Assembly (NCBI GenBank): GCA_036918135.1
Contig: JBALDB010000011.1
Coordinates: 232,487-296,486, forward strand
DNA length: 64,000 bases
Source of the DNA: Nostoc sp.
Lineage (GTDB): Bacteria > Cyanobacteriota > Cyanobacteriia > Cyanobacteriales > Nostocaceae
Direction of reading: 5' to 3'
Below the pieces are notes generated by a model, which saw nothing but the letters and a program-made list of their open reading frames with translations, searched no databases and was not told the origin of the DNA. Positions 1-11,294 of the stretch are shown in pieces (positions within the stretch are counted from its first letter, which is position 1; each line of letters begins with the position of its first letter). Position numbers and translations under genes: made by a program.

Positions 1-507
1 TTGTAGGGTAGGCATTTCGCCCGCTTTGAAATACAACAGACGAGCAAGACGCAGCATCCTCAGAAAGATGCTGCGAGCGTCGTCAATCAGCTTGCTTGCT
101 ATTAACTTCTGTTCATCCCACAAAACCAACAAAATCATTCGTCAAACCCAGCTATTTTTATTTTTTTCAAACAATTGAGAATTATTTGCAATATATGTAT
201 GGAAAGATAGATTAAAATGTATCAGTAAGGGAAAATTTATGAAATACCAAATAATAATAAAACTAGATACAAAATTAATATCGCTGTTACAGAAAAATAT
301 TTTTTGACAGTATTTATCTTTCTTATGGAGAATTGACTAACTGGCAAGACATTAATCAATAATAATGTTAGAAAGTAGCTACCTATTTTTAAATGTTATA
401 TACATATTGTTCTTTTTAATTCTTGTAATCAAGGACATTTTATTAAAGAACAAAAATGTAGTTTTTCGTAGCTTTTGTCCAAAAAATGCAGTAATGAGTA
501 TAGTTAG

Positions 508-1485
508 ATGAACACCTTTTTTTGTTCTGATTCTTCACGGCAAGCAGGAGAAGATATTATTGGTAGTGCCACCAATTATCAAACTTATATTTTAATTGAA
601 TGTCCGCCGCCTTGGACATCAGAAGCGTTTAATTCTAAATGGGTGCCCAATAATTTGAGGATTTTAGTTGAGGGAGTGAAGCGTGCTAAACTACCGATTA
701 GATTCCTCTTAATTGCTAATGATTTTTCTCACAAAGTCAACCAAACTACGCTTTTAATTTATCAAAGAAAAGAGGGGCTAAGTAATGGATACCAAAAGCA
801 AGAGTTTATACTAGCAAATATTGAGCAGGTAGCAGCAGTTGTACAAAAATGGTTATGGGGTATTGGTTCTAATTCTGAGGTTGAAACTACTGCAACTAGA
901 GATATTTTAGTTTGTACCCACGGGAGCCACGATAAGTGCTGTGCCAGATACGGAAATCCCTTTTATTTTCATGCTACAGCGACTATTTCTGATTTGAACT
1001 TAGACAATGTACGGATTTGGAAATCATCACATTTTGGTGGACATCGCTTTGCGCCAACAATTATAGACTTGCCAGAAGGAAGATACTACGGTGTTCTGGA
1101 GCAAGATTCATTCAGATCAATTTTGACTCGTAGCGGCGAAATTCAATGCTTGCATACAGTGTATCGAGGTTGGGGAATTTTGCCAGCTGCACTTCAAATA
1201 TTGGAGAGAGAATTAATTTTCACTGAAGGATGGGATTGGTTTAACTACAAAGTTGCAGGCAAAATCTTAGAACAAAGTTTAGACAATAGTACGATTTTAG
1301 CTGAGCTAGGTTTTGAAAAAACTTCTGGTTCTCTCTACACTTACCAGGCTAAACTTGTGAAAGATGCAACCAAGATTCAAAAACTTAAGAGTTCATGCAA
1401 TGCTGTACAAGAGTCAGTGATTACTAAATATGCTGTAACTAGTGTTTGGCTTACTTGTAGTAAGGTAATGACTTATAGTGCATAA
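508..1485 (+). CDS. Sucrase/ferredoxin-like protein
   Basis: LVCTHGSHDKCCA and SSHFGGHRFAPT motifs. Confidence 0.85.
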   Translation: MNTFFCSDSSRQAGEDIIGSATNYQTYILIECPPPWTSEAFNSKWVPNNLRILVEGVKRAKLPIRFLLIANDFSHKVNQTTLLIYQRKEGLSNGYQKQEFILANIEQVAAVVQKWLWGIGSNSEVETTATRDILVCTHGSHDKCCARYGNPFYFHATATISDLNLDNVRIWKSSHFGGHRFAPTIIDLPEGRYYGVLEQDSFRSILTRSGEIQCLHTVYRGWGILPAALQILERELIFTEGWDWFNYKVAGKILEQSLDNSTILAELGFEKTSGSLYTYQAKLVKDATKIQKLKSSCNAVQESVITKYAVTSVWLTCSKVMTYSA

Positions 1486-1571
1486 ATAGGAGTCAGAATA
1501 ATTATTAATTCGTAATTTGTAATTACGAATTAATAATTATTCGTTCATACACGATTCATTCTGAATTATTG

Positions 1572-3161
1572 CTAAGTCATATTTAAGACTTTTCGTAACA
1601 GTACTTGGTCTTCTAATTTGGCTTTTAAACGACCATTTTCGATATCTCGAATCCAGCTTTGGCTTTTACCTGCAAGCTTTGCTAATTCTCTTTGAGAGAG
1701 ATTCAAATTTTTTCGCGCTTCCAAAACCTCTTCGCCTAGTAAATCACCTGTGGTGGCGGACTTTCTTTTACTCTTAACACCTCGCCGCTGCTTTTTCTGT
1801 GATTGTGAGATTTGTTGTTCCCATTCTGCTGGTAGTTCAAAAGCCAAAATCCGCGCATTCATTAACAGATTCCACTTACCACGAGGGCCTGTATCTGTTA
1901 GGCGAGTTTCAGCCCCGCCGTCATTAGTCCAAAATTCCAATGCTTCATCTGGATCTTCGGGAATATCCATTAACTTTGCCCACAAAGGTTGAATTTCTGG
2001 TGGGTAGGTAACTGGGTCAAAAATTGGTTTCATTCCATAATGATTGAGAACTTCCAAATCGTTTTCAAAAGTTCGTAGCAGGCGTTTACGTTCTTCGCGT
2101 TGTCTGGATGCAAGGGTAACTTTTTCTTCACCGTAAGCAACACGCAGCAAGGTAGGAACAGTAATGCGTTGTTCTTTACCCATTTTGGTTTTAAACAACA
2201 ACCACAACATCAGTCGGACTGCTCCTTCATGTTGTTGCCAAATGCTCATGACTGTGGTTAGCAGTGTTTTGGGGAGACTGCCATATTGATAGAATGCGGT
2301 TCGCTCTTTACATGCTTGTTTGTTTAAGAAATATTCTGCCCAAATACCGGCTTTGACTTTAAAAGTTAGCCCAATCAGATATTTGCAGCCGAGAGCATCT
2401 TCTTGAAAGTGGTGCTGAATGTCCACCAAGTGCCATAAACGGGTTCCTGTAACAGAGAATCCGTTGACTCGACCTTGTTGAGGCCAGTCGATGGAGATAA
2501 TTAGCGAGCAGGCTTGCTGGACAAGATTTTTCATTAAAGCTAGCTTGGCAGCTTTGTTTAAATCTTTGCGTTTCTCCATCCCTAAATATTTCTCGATTTG
2601 GCGCTCATCGATCGCAAATTCCTGTTCCCAAGGTCGATCTAAAGCTGTAGCATAAGCTGCAAAAATTAGATGTATGCAAGCAGCTCTAATATCTAGCCCT
2701 TCAATTGCTGCTAAATCTGTCGCTTTATCGCTCACCTTAAATGGATCTTGGATGTGGAAAGCGATCGCTCCTTTACCTTGGTTGACTTGTCTGCCATAAC
2801 ATAAGTAACCCTCTTCGTCAGTTTCCCAATGTAAGGATGTGCGTTGCGCTAGTAGATTACAAGCTTCCCAAATCGCGATCGCTGAAGCAAATGGATTATT
2901 CTTTCCGTTAGAAAATAAATCTAAGCTGGTAGCATCTCTCGGCTCAATTTTACATCTGCCCTTTTTTACCTGCCAAGGAATGGGAGAATTAGTTGGACAA
3001 GCTATTACACATTGTGGTTCTGGATAATAACCCTCACAATTGTTACAAAGACAAGGATCGATCCAGTAATCATCGTCCTCTATTTTGATTGCACCCGTAG
3101 GACATTGGGGGCGGCAGTTGTCACATCCAACGCAACTGTTGTTAGGAATCGTATAAGGCAT
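1572..3161 (-). CDS. cnfR: CnfR/PatB nif transcriptional activator (N-terminal 4Fe-4S ferredoxin, C-terminal XRE HTH)
   Basis: MPYTIPNNSCVGCDNCRPQCP start gives 529 aa; C-terminal LSQRELAKLAGKSQSWIRDIENG HTH. Confidence 0.92.
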   Translation of the reverse strand: MPYTIPNNSCVGCDNCRPQCPTGAIKIEDDDYWIDPCLCNNCEGYYPEPQCVIACPTNSPIPWQVKKGRCKIEPRDATSLDLFSNGKNNPFASAIAIWEACNLLAQRTSLHWETDEEGYLCYGRQVNQGKGAIAFHIQDPFKVSDKATDLAAIEGLDIRAACIHLIFAAYATALDRPWEQEFAIDERQIEKYLGMEKRKDLNKAAKLALMKNLVQQACSLIISIDWPQQGRVNGFSVTGTRLWHLVDIQHHFQEDALGCKYLIGLTFKVKAGIWAEYFLNKQACKERTAFYQYGSLPKTLLTTVMSIWQQHEGAVRLMLWLLFKTKMGKEQRITVPTLLRVAYGEEKVTLASRQREERKRLLRTFENDLEVLNHYGMKPIFDPVTYPPEIQPLWAKLMDIPEDPDEALEFWTNDGGAETRLTDTGPRGKWNLLMNARILAFELPAEWEQQISQSQKKQRRGVKSKRKSATTGDLLGEEVLEARKNLNLSQRELAKLAGKSQSWIRDIENGRLKAKLEDQVLLRKVLNMT

Positions 3162-4362
3162 ATGGCTCTGTTCCCACTCTAATCGTTGAGATGTCTGGCT
3201 CAGGTCTCCCCTGGATGAGTCCTGTTTATTTATCACTCGCTACCACACGATCTTTCTGGTAAGAAAAATCTTTTCTCACCCTCAGCTAAAATACATATTC
3301 ACTTTATTTGGTTGTCATTTGTCCTCTCTTACAAAGTTCCGATCCAAGGCTTCTTTGGATCAGACTTTGCGCTTTGTTCTTTGTCAGTTACTAATGACTA
3401 ATGACTAATCACTGATACTTTGGCCTCTCCTAATGGAGACACTCTTGCTAGCTTGCCTCCCCGCAGGGGTACGCTCAGTACAAGTGACCAATTACCAATG
3501 ACAGACTTAACCAGAGAATGTACAACTTGGATGCATACTAGCTTGCTAAGTCCCCACATCCATTTGCTTGACTTTGCATCCAAATTGAAAGCTATTTAAG
3601 GCTTTCAAACCGAGCCTAGTATTACTTCTTTATTAAATATACATTTCATAAATTAAATGATTAAGTTGTTCGCAATGAGCTTAGAAAAAATTCTTAACAT
3701 TTATTTAGTTATGTAGTTAATGAACATTTCATCTTTAACCAGAAAACCTTACCCAAAGTCTTTTTAGTCAACATTTAAGCCAATCACAATTCGCTGTTCG
3801 CTAATTTATTAATAATTTTAATATTTAAAGCTTCATAATATTCTGCCATAAAGTTTACAGTTTCTTCATGATAAGCTCTATTTCATCTAATGAACCCATG
3901 AAAAACAATAATCTTTACTTTGTCAGTATTTATTTAGATATTTCCATAAAAAATAAATTTAAAATTGTTGTTTTAAAAATACATAACGCAGATATCAAAG
4001 TGTAACTAAAAAACATTTAGATTTGTATATAAAGCTACTGTTTTTATCTATTTTTTTGCCTCAATATCAAAATATTTGAAAAAAAATCTCATCACTTTTT
4101 TAGAGAGATTTAGAGCTTTGAGAAACAATAGTTGTTGCTAGTAGAGGCTTGAACAAACATTTCACTATTCAAACTCATATTATAATTATTGGCAATAAGT
4201 TTCATTTATCAGAATCAAGTGAAAAAGAATTTAGTTTTAAATTAAAAGTCATCAAAAATTAATGATGAAAAATATTATTAAATCTCGAAAATTTAAAAAT
4301 TTGGATAATATAATGATTAAAGTAGGAATAAATTGCAAGGCAAAATCGCCGAGGATTAATTC

Positions 4363-4656
4363 ATGGCACAACTAACAGGTTTAACATTTGGTGGTAAGAC
4401 TTGGACACCAAAGTTTGCTCAAGAAATTGACAAAGACAAATGTATCGGCTGTGGCAGATGTATTAAAGTATGCGGATACAATGTACTAGGTTTGAAGGCA
4501 CTCAATGAAGAAGGGGAATTTGTAGAAGACGAAGATGATGATGAAATTGAACGGAAAGTGATGGCAGTTAGTTATCCAGAAAACTGCATTGGTTGTGAAG
4601 CTTGTTCGCGGATTTGTCCCAAGAACTGCTACACCCATGCTGTATTAAATAATTAA
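4363..4656 (+). CDS. fdxB: Ferredoxin III, nif-specific 2[4Fe-4S]
   Basis: [11 protein letters not shown] and [12 protein letters not shown] with acidic linker. Confidence 0.85.
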   Translation: MAQLTGLTFGGKTWTPKFAQEIDKDKCIGCGRCIKVCGYNVLGLKALNEEGEFVEDEDDDEIERKVMAVSYPENCIGCEACSRICPKNCYTHAVLNN

Positions 4657-4748
4657 GGTTTGTGGAGTTAGTCAATGTTGTTGTTCGTTTAAGGAGGCAC
4701 TGTTTGTAAAAAGGGCAAATGCCCTAAGCAAGGTAACTAGAGGGGAAT

Positions 4749-4837
4749 ACTAATGCCGCTGTGCGGAAGTCAAAAGGCTTTTATCTCATACTTCATTGCT
4801 GTTTGCAATGGTAGCTTTATTTCCGTTCTGTGGTACT
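4749..4837. mobile_element. Short MITE-like dispersed repeat
   Basis: Imperfect inverted ends (tgccgctgtgcggaa ... ttccgttctgtggta) resembling Nostocales intergenic repeats. Confidence 0.35.
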
Positions 4838-5286
4838 CAAGATTTGGTGAAACTAGGTAAATAGTTCACAGTAGACAAATCTGTAAATCACAAAATGTTA
4901 GTTATTGACAATTTTAAACTTGCTGCTAATATAGCCTAATCAATATTAGGACTAACAGTGTCCTCTGAACAACTAGCTTTTCTGGAAGCAGGTGAGCTTC
5001 CTTTGTCATAGGAGTTGAAATATAATTGATAATTTTGTGGGGGAAAGATATGAAAAAATCTGGAAGTTTCCCCCATTTTTTATAGCTGCACGTTAGAAAG
5101 TTAATAAGTGAAAACAAAAAACACTGCCCTGTGAAAGGGAATGGGCAATGGTGAAGTCAAAAGGTAAAAGGCAAAAGTAAAAAGAAAAGAATATGGGTAG
5201 ATTTTTACTTTTTATTTTTTACTTTTTAATACCCAATACCCAAAAAATCACACCTGAAAAGACGGTTTACAGAGCAGGTAGGATGT

Positions 5287-6264
5287 ATGCAACAAGTTCC
5301 TGTTTCACTATGGACTCTGGTTGCTGGGATAGTAATCACAGCAATTAGCATTTCGATTGGTCAAAGCCACGCTCTACTACCAGTACAAGCATCGCAACAA
5401 GCGCCTTTGGTAGACGGTTTTTTCAACGTTATGTTTACCATCGCCATTGCTTTGTTCTTAGTAGTAGAAGGAACAATTGTAATTTTTTTGGTTCAGTTTC
5501 GTCAGCGTCGGGGAGATGACACCGATGGCATACCAGTAGAAGGCAACTTGCCTTTAGAAGTTTTTTGGACAGCAATCCCAACACTAATTGTCCTCGGCTT
5601 GGGTATCTACAGTGTAGATGTTTTTAACCGCATGGGAGGCTTTGAACCTGGAGATCATCCTCATTTGCCGGCTCATGTTGCTCATATGCCAGGAAGTGCT
5701 ATCGCAGCCACATTAAGCGACACTTCTCAGCCAACAACTGCTCCAACAATTGGGATTGGCGCGTCTCCTAAAGTTATAGGCAAACCAGCAGATTTAGTGG
5801 TTGATGTCAAGGGGATGCAGTACGCTTGGATATTTAACTATCCTGAAAGTGGCATTACTTCTGGGGAATTGCACATTCCTGTTGGTGCTGATGTGCAACT
5901 CAACCTTTCAGCAGATGATGTAATTCACTCATTTTGGGTGCCAAACTTCCGCCTGAAGCAAGATGCCCTTCCTGGTATCCCTACTGAACTACGATTTGTC
6001 GCCACCAAACCAGGTACATATCCAGTAGTTTGTGCTGAATTGTGTGGTGGTTACCACGGTTCAATGCGGACACAGGTATTTGTTCACACACCAGAAGAAT
6101 ACAAGAGCTGGTTAACAGAAAACCAGGTTGCTCAAAAACAAAACTTGGAGCAAGTCGTTGCAGTTAATCCTGCTGAGTTATCAACATCAGAGTTTCTCGC
6201 TCCTCACATCCACGATATGGGGATTAGTGCTGCAACTCTAGAATCAGTTGTTAAGAGTCATTAG
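5287..6264 (+). CDS. coxB: Cytochrome c oxidase subunit II (heterocyst cox2-type operon)
   Basis: DVIHSFWVP and CAELCGGYHGSM CuA motif. Confidence 0.95.
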   Translation: MQQVPVSLWTLVAGIVITAISISIGQSHALLPVQASQQAPLVDGFFNVMFTIAIALFLVVEGTIVIFLVQFRQRRGDDTDGIPVEGNLPLEVFWTAIPTLIVLGLGIYSVDVFNRMGGFEPGDHPHLPAHVAHMPGSAIAATLSDTSQPTTAPTIGIGASPKVIGKPADLVVDVKGMQYAWIFNYPESGITSGELHIPVGADVQLNLSADDVIHSFWVPNFRLKQDALPGIPTELRFVATKPGTYPVVCAELCGGYHGSMRTQVFVHTPEEYKSWLTENQVAQKQNLEQVVAVNPAELSTSEFLAPHIHDMGISAATLESVVKSH

Positions 6265-6327
6265 TCATTAGTCATTGGTCATTAATAACTGACAAATGAC
6301 AAAGGACAAACAACAAAAGACAAAAAT

Positions 6328-8016
6328 ATGACACAGGTAGAATTTCCACCCAACACTCCACCAGAACAAAAGAAACCAGAAATGGCCGTTGCCCACACGT
6401 CTCATCAAGAGCCGTGGAAATGGCAAGACTATTTCACATTTAATATTGACCACAAAGTTATTGGTATCCAATATCTAGTAACGGCGTTTGTGTTCTATCT
6501 GATCGGCGGACTGATGGCACTCGCTATCCGTGTCGAATTAGCAACACCCGATCCAGATTGGCTAGACCCCAATCTGTATAACGCTTTCATGACCAATCAC
6601 GGGACGATTATGATCTTCCTGTGGATTGTCCCCAGCGCCATTGGGGGATTTGGTAACTTTCTGGTACCCTTAATGGTCGGTGCTAGGGATATGGCTTTCC
6701 CGAAGCTGAACGCGATCGCCTTTTGGCTAAACCCACCAGCCGGTGCGCTGATATTAGGTAGTTTCCTTTTTGGCGGTTCGCAATCGGGTTGGACAGCTTA
6801 TCCACCTTTGAGCTTGGTGACAGCACCCATCGCTCAAACCATGTGGATACTGGCGATCGTTTTGGTGGGAACTTCCTCAATTTTGGGTTCGCTAAACTTT
6901 GTAATCACAATTTTGATGATGAAGGTTCCCAGCATGAGATGGGATCAGCTACCTTTGTTTTGCTGGGCAATTTTAGCAACCTCCGTCCTAGCACTCGTCT
7001 CCACACCTGTATTAGCAGCGGGTTTAATTCTGCTATTGTTTGACCTCAACTTTGGCACCTCCTTCTTTAAACCAGATGCAGGCGGTAACGTTGTAATTTA
7101 TCAACACTTGTTCTGGTTTTATTCGCACCCGGCAGTATATCTAATGATTCTGCCTATCTTCGGCATCATGTCCGAAGTGATTCCGGTTCACGCCCGCAAG
7201 CCAATCTTTGGTTATAAAGCGATCGCTTATTCGAGTTTGGCAATCTGCGTTGTCGGTCTGTTCGTCTGGGTACACCACATGTTTACCAGCGGTACACCCG
7301 GTTGGATGCGGATGTTCTTCACCATCTCGACTCTGATAGTTGCAGTTCCCACTGGCGTTAAGATTTTCGGCTGGGTTGCTACCCTTTGGGGTGGTAAAAT
7401 TCGCTTCACTAGCGCCATGCTTTTCGCCATTGGTTTGTTATCCATGTTTGTCATGGGCGGCTTAAGCGGCGTGACAATGGGAACAGCTCCATTTGATGTT
7501 CACGTCCACGACACCTATTATGTTGTGGCACACTTCCATTACGTTCTATTTGGCGGTTCCGTGTTTGGCATTTACGCTGGCATTTATCACTGGTTCCCCA
7601 AAATGACCGGACGGATGTTGAATGAAACCTGGGGTCGCATTCACTTTTTCCTCACCTTGATTGGCACGAATTTAACCTTCCTACCCATGCACGAATTGGG
7701 TTTGCAAGGAATGCCGCGACGAGTCGCAATGTATGACCCCCAATTTATCGACCTCAATCAAATTTGTACCTTCGGTTCATTTGTTTTGGGGATATCAGTA
7801 ATTCCCTTCACAATCAACATTATTCAAAGTTGGCTTAAAGGACGCCCAGCAGGCGATAATCCTTGGCATGGTTTGACTTTAGAATGGACAACTAGCTCAC
7901 CACCTGCGATTGAAAACTGGGAAGTCTTGCCAGTTGTCACTCATGGCCCTTATGACTACGGTAATGGTCATGTTACTGAATTGCAGCCATCAACGACATC
8001 GGAAGCTAATGCTTAG
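6328..8016 (+). CDS. coxA: Cytochrome c oxidase subunit I
   Basis: WFYSHPAVY, VWVHHMF, VAHFHYV motifs. Confidence 0.97.
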   Translation: MTQVEFPPNTPPEQKKPEMAVAHTSHQEPWKWQDYFTFNIDHKVIGIQYLVTAFVFYLIGGLMALAIRVELATPDPDWLDPNLYNAFMTNHGTIMIFLWIVPSAIGGFGNFLVPLMVGARDMAFPKLNAIAFWLNPPAGALILGSFLFGGSQSGWTAYPPLSLVTAPIAQTMWILAIVLVGTSSILGSLNFVITILMMKVPSMRWDQLPLFCWAILATSVLALVSTPVLAAGLILLLFDLNFGTSFFKPDAGGNVVIYQHLFWFYSHPAVYLMILPIFGIMSEVIPVHARKPIFGYKAIAYSSLAICVVGLFVWVHHMFTSGTPGWMRMFFTISTLIVAVPTGVKIFGWVATLWGGKIRFTSAMLFAIGLLSMFVMGGLSGVTMGTAPFDVHVHDTYYVVAHFHYVLFGGSVFGIYAGIYHWFPKMTGRMLNETWGRIHFFLTLIGTNLTFLPMHELGLQGMPRRVAMYDPQFIDLNQICTFGSFVLGISVIPFTINIIQSWLKGRPAGDNPWHGLTLEWTTSSPPAIENWEVLPVVTHGPYDYGNGHVTELQPSTTSEANA

Positions 8017-8054
8017 TTAGTATCAGCATTGCTATCCTTGTTAATTTGATTTGA

Positions 8055-8101
8055 GAACTCGGAATTTCAAGCTTGGAACTCGGAATTTCAAGCTTGAAAC
8101 T
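8055..8101. repeat. 21-bp tandem repeat, 2 copies plus partial
   Basis: gaactcggaatttcaagcttg x2. Confidence 0.85.
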
Positions 8102-8176
8102 ACGAAAGAGCTTCACAACTCAGTCCCAATGCCCAGCCCCTCCACACACGCAGCTGTTAATCTTGTCAATAAATCT

Positions 8177-8773
8177 ATGACTATAGCGACAACCGAACAT
8201 AACAGTGCAGAACATCACGAAGAACATCCAGATTTAAGAGTTTGGGGACTGTTAACATTCCTCGTCTCTGAATCCCTGATGTTCGGCGGACTTTTTGCTA
8301 CCTATTTGTTTTTCCGCAGCAGTACAGCAGTTTGGCCTCCGGAAGGAACAGAAGTAGAACTATTGTTGCCGACGATTAACACCATTATTCTAGTATCTAG
8401 CAGTTTCGTGATTCACTTCGGTGATACGGCGATTAAAAAGAATAATGTTAAGGGAATGCAACTATGGTACACAATCACTGCCATCATGGGGGCAATTTTC
8501 TTGATTGGTCAGGCTTATGAGTACGCAACTTTAGGATATGGTCTGACTACCAATGTCTTTGCCAACTGCTTTTATTTAATGACAGGATTCCACGGTTTGC
8601 ACGTTTTCGTGGGACTGTTATTAATATTAGGTGTGTTGTGGCGATCGCGTCGTCCGGGTCAATATTCTGCAACAAATCACACCTTCATCGAAATGGCAGA
8701 AATTTACTGGCACTTCGTAGATATTATTTGGATTGTTCTTTTCAGTTTGGTGTATATTCTCACCTTGTTTTAA
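8177..8773 (+). CDS. coxC: Cytochrome c oxidase subunit III
   Basis: TGFHGLHV, YWHFVDIIW; probable start MTIATTEH (longer ORF start runs through the repeat). Confidence 0.93.
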   Translation: MTIATTEHNSAEHHEEHPDLRVWGLLTFLVSESLMFGGLFATYLFFRSSTAVWPPEGTEVELLLPTINTIILVSSSFVIHFGDTAIKKNNVKGMQLWYTITAIMGAIFLIGQAYEYATLGYGLTTNVFANCFYLMTGFHGLHVFVGLLLILGVLWRSRRPGQYSATNHTFIEMAEIYWHFVDIIWIVLFSLVYILTLF

Positions 8774-8883
8774 AAGTGAGTGGGGAGTGTTGACTGTTAA
8801 CTGTTGACTGTTGAGCCTCGCCGGAGACTCCAAAAGCTCCGGTTAGGAATTATTTTCTTTGTCCCCTCTCCCCGTTTCTTAAT

Positions 8884-9369
8884 ATGCAACTCGAACAAAA
8901 TAAATTCTCATGGTTTCAGGTTCCTGAGGATATCAAAAATTTATTAATTTTAGCTGCAAACAATTGGGAAAATACATCAGAATCCGAAAAATATATTCAC
9001 CAAGCATTAAGTCAAACTGGTGAAAATACAGATGTTTTGGTAGCAGCATATAGATTCTTTTACTATAAAAATAATTATTCTCTTGCATTGCAAACAACAA
9101 CCAAATTATTAGATAAAATTAAAGAACTAGAAGAATTACCTGAGGAATGGCAGCAACTTAAGCCGATATTAGTCAATCGCAAAGAAGACCCACAAATTCG
9201 ATTGTACTTGAATGCTTATGCTGCTTCTGGATTGGTTCTAGCGAAGTTAGGAGCAATAGAGGAAGCAAAAGAAATCAGCGCCAGAGTCAAAGAGATAGAC
9301 GCAAAGCATGATTTTGGAGCCGGAATTCTCTTGGATATTTTGACGCATCCAGCAGAAGAAGACGATTAA
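8884..9369 (+). CDS. Conserved hypothetical helical (TPR-like) protein
   Basis: 161-aa ORF downstream of cox operon. Confidence 0.75.
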   Translation: MQLEQNKFSWFQVPEDIKNLLILAANNWENTSESEKYIHQALSQTGENTDVLVAAYRFFYYKNNYSLALQTTTKLLDKIKELEELPEEWQQLKPILVNRKEDPQIRLYLNAYAASGLVLAKLGAIEEAKEISARVKEIDAKHDFGAGILLDILTHPAEEDD

Positions 9370-9497
9370 TGAATGTGTGGGGATTGGGTACTAGGGATTG
9401 GGAATTGACTACTGAAAAAGTATTCCTAATTTTATTTCCTAGTACCTAATCCCAGTCCCCAGTCCCTAATTCCCTTCTTAAATCAAGGTGAACACTC

Positions 9498-9665
9498 ATG
9501 AACAATTGGTTATCTAATTCATCTTCCTCTTACTCGCTTTTAGGAACTACGAGTAATAACAACTCTATTTTTCCTGTAATCTACATACCTACTACACCTC
9601 CTGTGGAAACTCTTCCTAACGTTTCTCCGATTATTGTCATCCAATCTTCTCATATCAGATTTTAA
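9498..9665 (+). CDS. Putative 55-aa small protein (not in ORF track)
   Basis: AAGGTG upstream of ATG 9498; stop 5 bp before cupin ATG. Confidence 0.45.
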   Translation: MNNWLSNSSSSYSLLGTTSNNNSIFPVIYIPTTPPVETLPNVSPIIVIQSSHIRF

Positions 9666-9670
9666 AAGTT

Positions 9671-10282
9671 ATGCAAGGTAAGGATTGGCTAATAACGGCA
9701 GACGGTCAGTGTCAAGTCTGTAAGTCTGTGAGAGGATGGGATTTATTGAGAGATAATTACCGCCTGTATCGGTTTTTAACTGAGGTGGAAGATGTTCTCA
9801 ATAGTGCGGAAGATGAATCGAGTTGTTTGCCAGAAATGCGGATGTTAGTCAGGCGCTTGATTGTCAATTCCTACTGGGTGCGGAGTCAATATTTAGAACC
9901 TTCTCCGAAAACTGGAACCTCTGTCTCACTCCTATATGATGAATTGGGTTTTCCATTAACAGTGCAAATAGTAACATTTGCACCAGGAACGCGCTCGAAT
10001 ATTCATAATCATGGGACGTGGGGAGTAGTGGCGGTGTTAAAAGGTCAAGAAAAAAATACTTTTTGGCAACGCACTTATAGCTCAGAATCCCAGGAGAAAA
10101 TTGAACATAAGGGAGAAGTGACTCTTTTTCCAGGAGATATTGTTAGCTTTGCTTCCAATGCAATTCATAGTGTAGAAGCACTGGGTGATGAACCAACTGT
10201 GACTTTTAACGTTTATGGCGAAACCGCTCCGAAAGAAAGATTTGAGTTTGACTCTGTTACCCATAAGGCGAAGAATTTTTGA
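9671..10282 (+). CDS. Cupin, cysteine dioxygenase-like
   Basis: IHNHGTWGVV ... AIHSVE motifs. Confidence 0.8.
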   Translation: MQGKDWLITADGQCQVCKSVRGWDLLRDNYRLYRFLTEVEDVLNSAEDESSCLPEMRMLVRRLIVNSYWVRSQYLEPSPKTGTSVSLLYDELGFPLTVQIVTFAPGTRSNIHNHGTWGVVAVLKGQEKNTFWQRTYSSESQEKIEHKGEVTLFPGDIVSFASNAIHSVEALGDEPTVTFNVYGETAPKERFEFDSVTHKAKNF

Positions 10283-10303
10283 TAATAAAAAATTCACAAG
10301 TTA

Positions 10304-10424
10304 TGGGAATTGGGAATTGGTAATTGGTAATGGGTAATTGGGAATTGGGAATTGGGAAAAAGCGAATTGAGAATTGAAAATTTACCCCCATCACCCATCA
10401 CCCATCACCCATTCCCCATTCCCC
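10304..10424. repeat. Inverted STRR heptamer tracts
   Basis: (tgggaat/tggtaat)n followed by (cccatca/cccattc)n. Confidence 0.8.
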
Positions 10425-10549
10425 AAGATTGCTGAATTCTGAATTCTTCTTCAATTAGGAATCTCAAGATTATTTGCATAGATTAGTAGTTTGTGCTGTC
10501 TTTAGTAAAGCGCCAACTACAAACAATTGAGTAATTAAGAGGTAGTAAC

Positions 10550-11059
10550 ATGGCAAGAGTAATTTTTTATAGTAAACCTGGCTGTAAAGGCGGTACTAAG
10601 CAAAAAGTTTTACTCACAGCTGCTGGTCATGAGGTGTTAGCATACGATTTGTTAACAGAACCTTGGACAGTTGAGCGGTTGCGCTCATTTTTTGGCGATC
10701 GCCCCGTAGCTGATTGGTTTAATCGTTCCTCCCCACGGATAAAATCTGGTGAGGTAGTTCCAGAAAAAATTGATGCCCAAACTGCTTTGATGCTGATGTT
10801 GAGAGATCCGCTGTTGATTCGCCGTCCTTTGTTAGAAGTAGGCGATCGCCGTGAAGTAGGATTCGATGTGGAAAAGATTGATGCTTGGATTGGTTTAAAC
10901 CCTGTAGATGAATCCTTGCGAGAAATAAGCGAAAATCTGATGAACCAAAATTTGCAAGGCTGTGCCCACGGTGGCGATCATCATCACGATCATAATGAGC
11001 AAGGCGGTTGTAAGCATCATGCTGAAGAACACCAAAAGCAAGGCAGTTGTAGCCATTAG
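10550..11059 (+). CDS. Nitrogenase-associated ArsC/Spx-family protein with His-rich tail
   Basis: YSKPGC...PLLIRRPLLEVG. Confidence 0.85.
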   Translation: MARVIFYSKPGCKGGTKQKVLLTAAGHEVLAYDLLTEPWTVERLRSFFGDRPVADWFNRSSPRIKSGEVVPEKIDAQTALMLMLRDPLLIRRPLLEVGDRREVGFDVEKIDAWIGLNPVDESLREISENLMNQNLQGCAHGGDHHHDHNEQGGCKHHAEEHQKQGSCSH

Positions 11060-11102
11060 TGATGGTGGTTTTTAAGGACTGTGTTATCTAAAGACAACCT
11101 TG

Positions 11103-11211
11103 TGCATTGTTAATGCATTGACTTGCATTGTTAATACATGGACTTGCATTATTAATGCATTGACTTGCATTGTTAATGCATTGACCTGTATTGTTAATGC
11201 ATTGACTTGCA
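11103..11211. repeat. 21-bp tandem repeat x5
   Basis: consensus tgcattgttaatgcattgact. Confidence 0.9.
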
Positions 11212-11294
11212 AAAATTAACACGCTATTTCTTGATAGCGTTGTTCAATCACAGGTTAAGGGCACAGCAATGCTGTGCCCCTTCCTTGATTAATG

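Noticed and set aside
8051..8176. N-terminal extension of CoxC
   Set aside because: Runs through a tandem repeat; start probably 8177.
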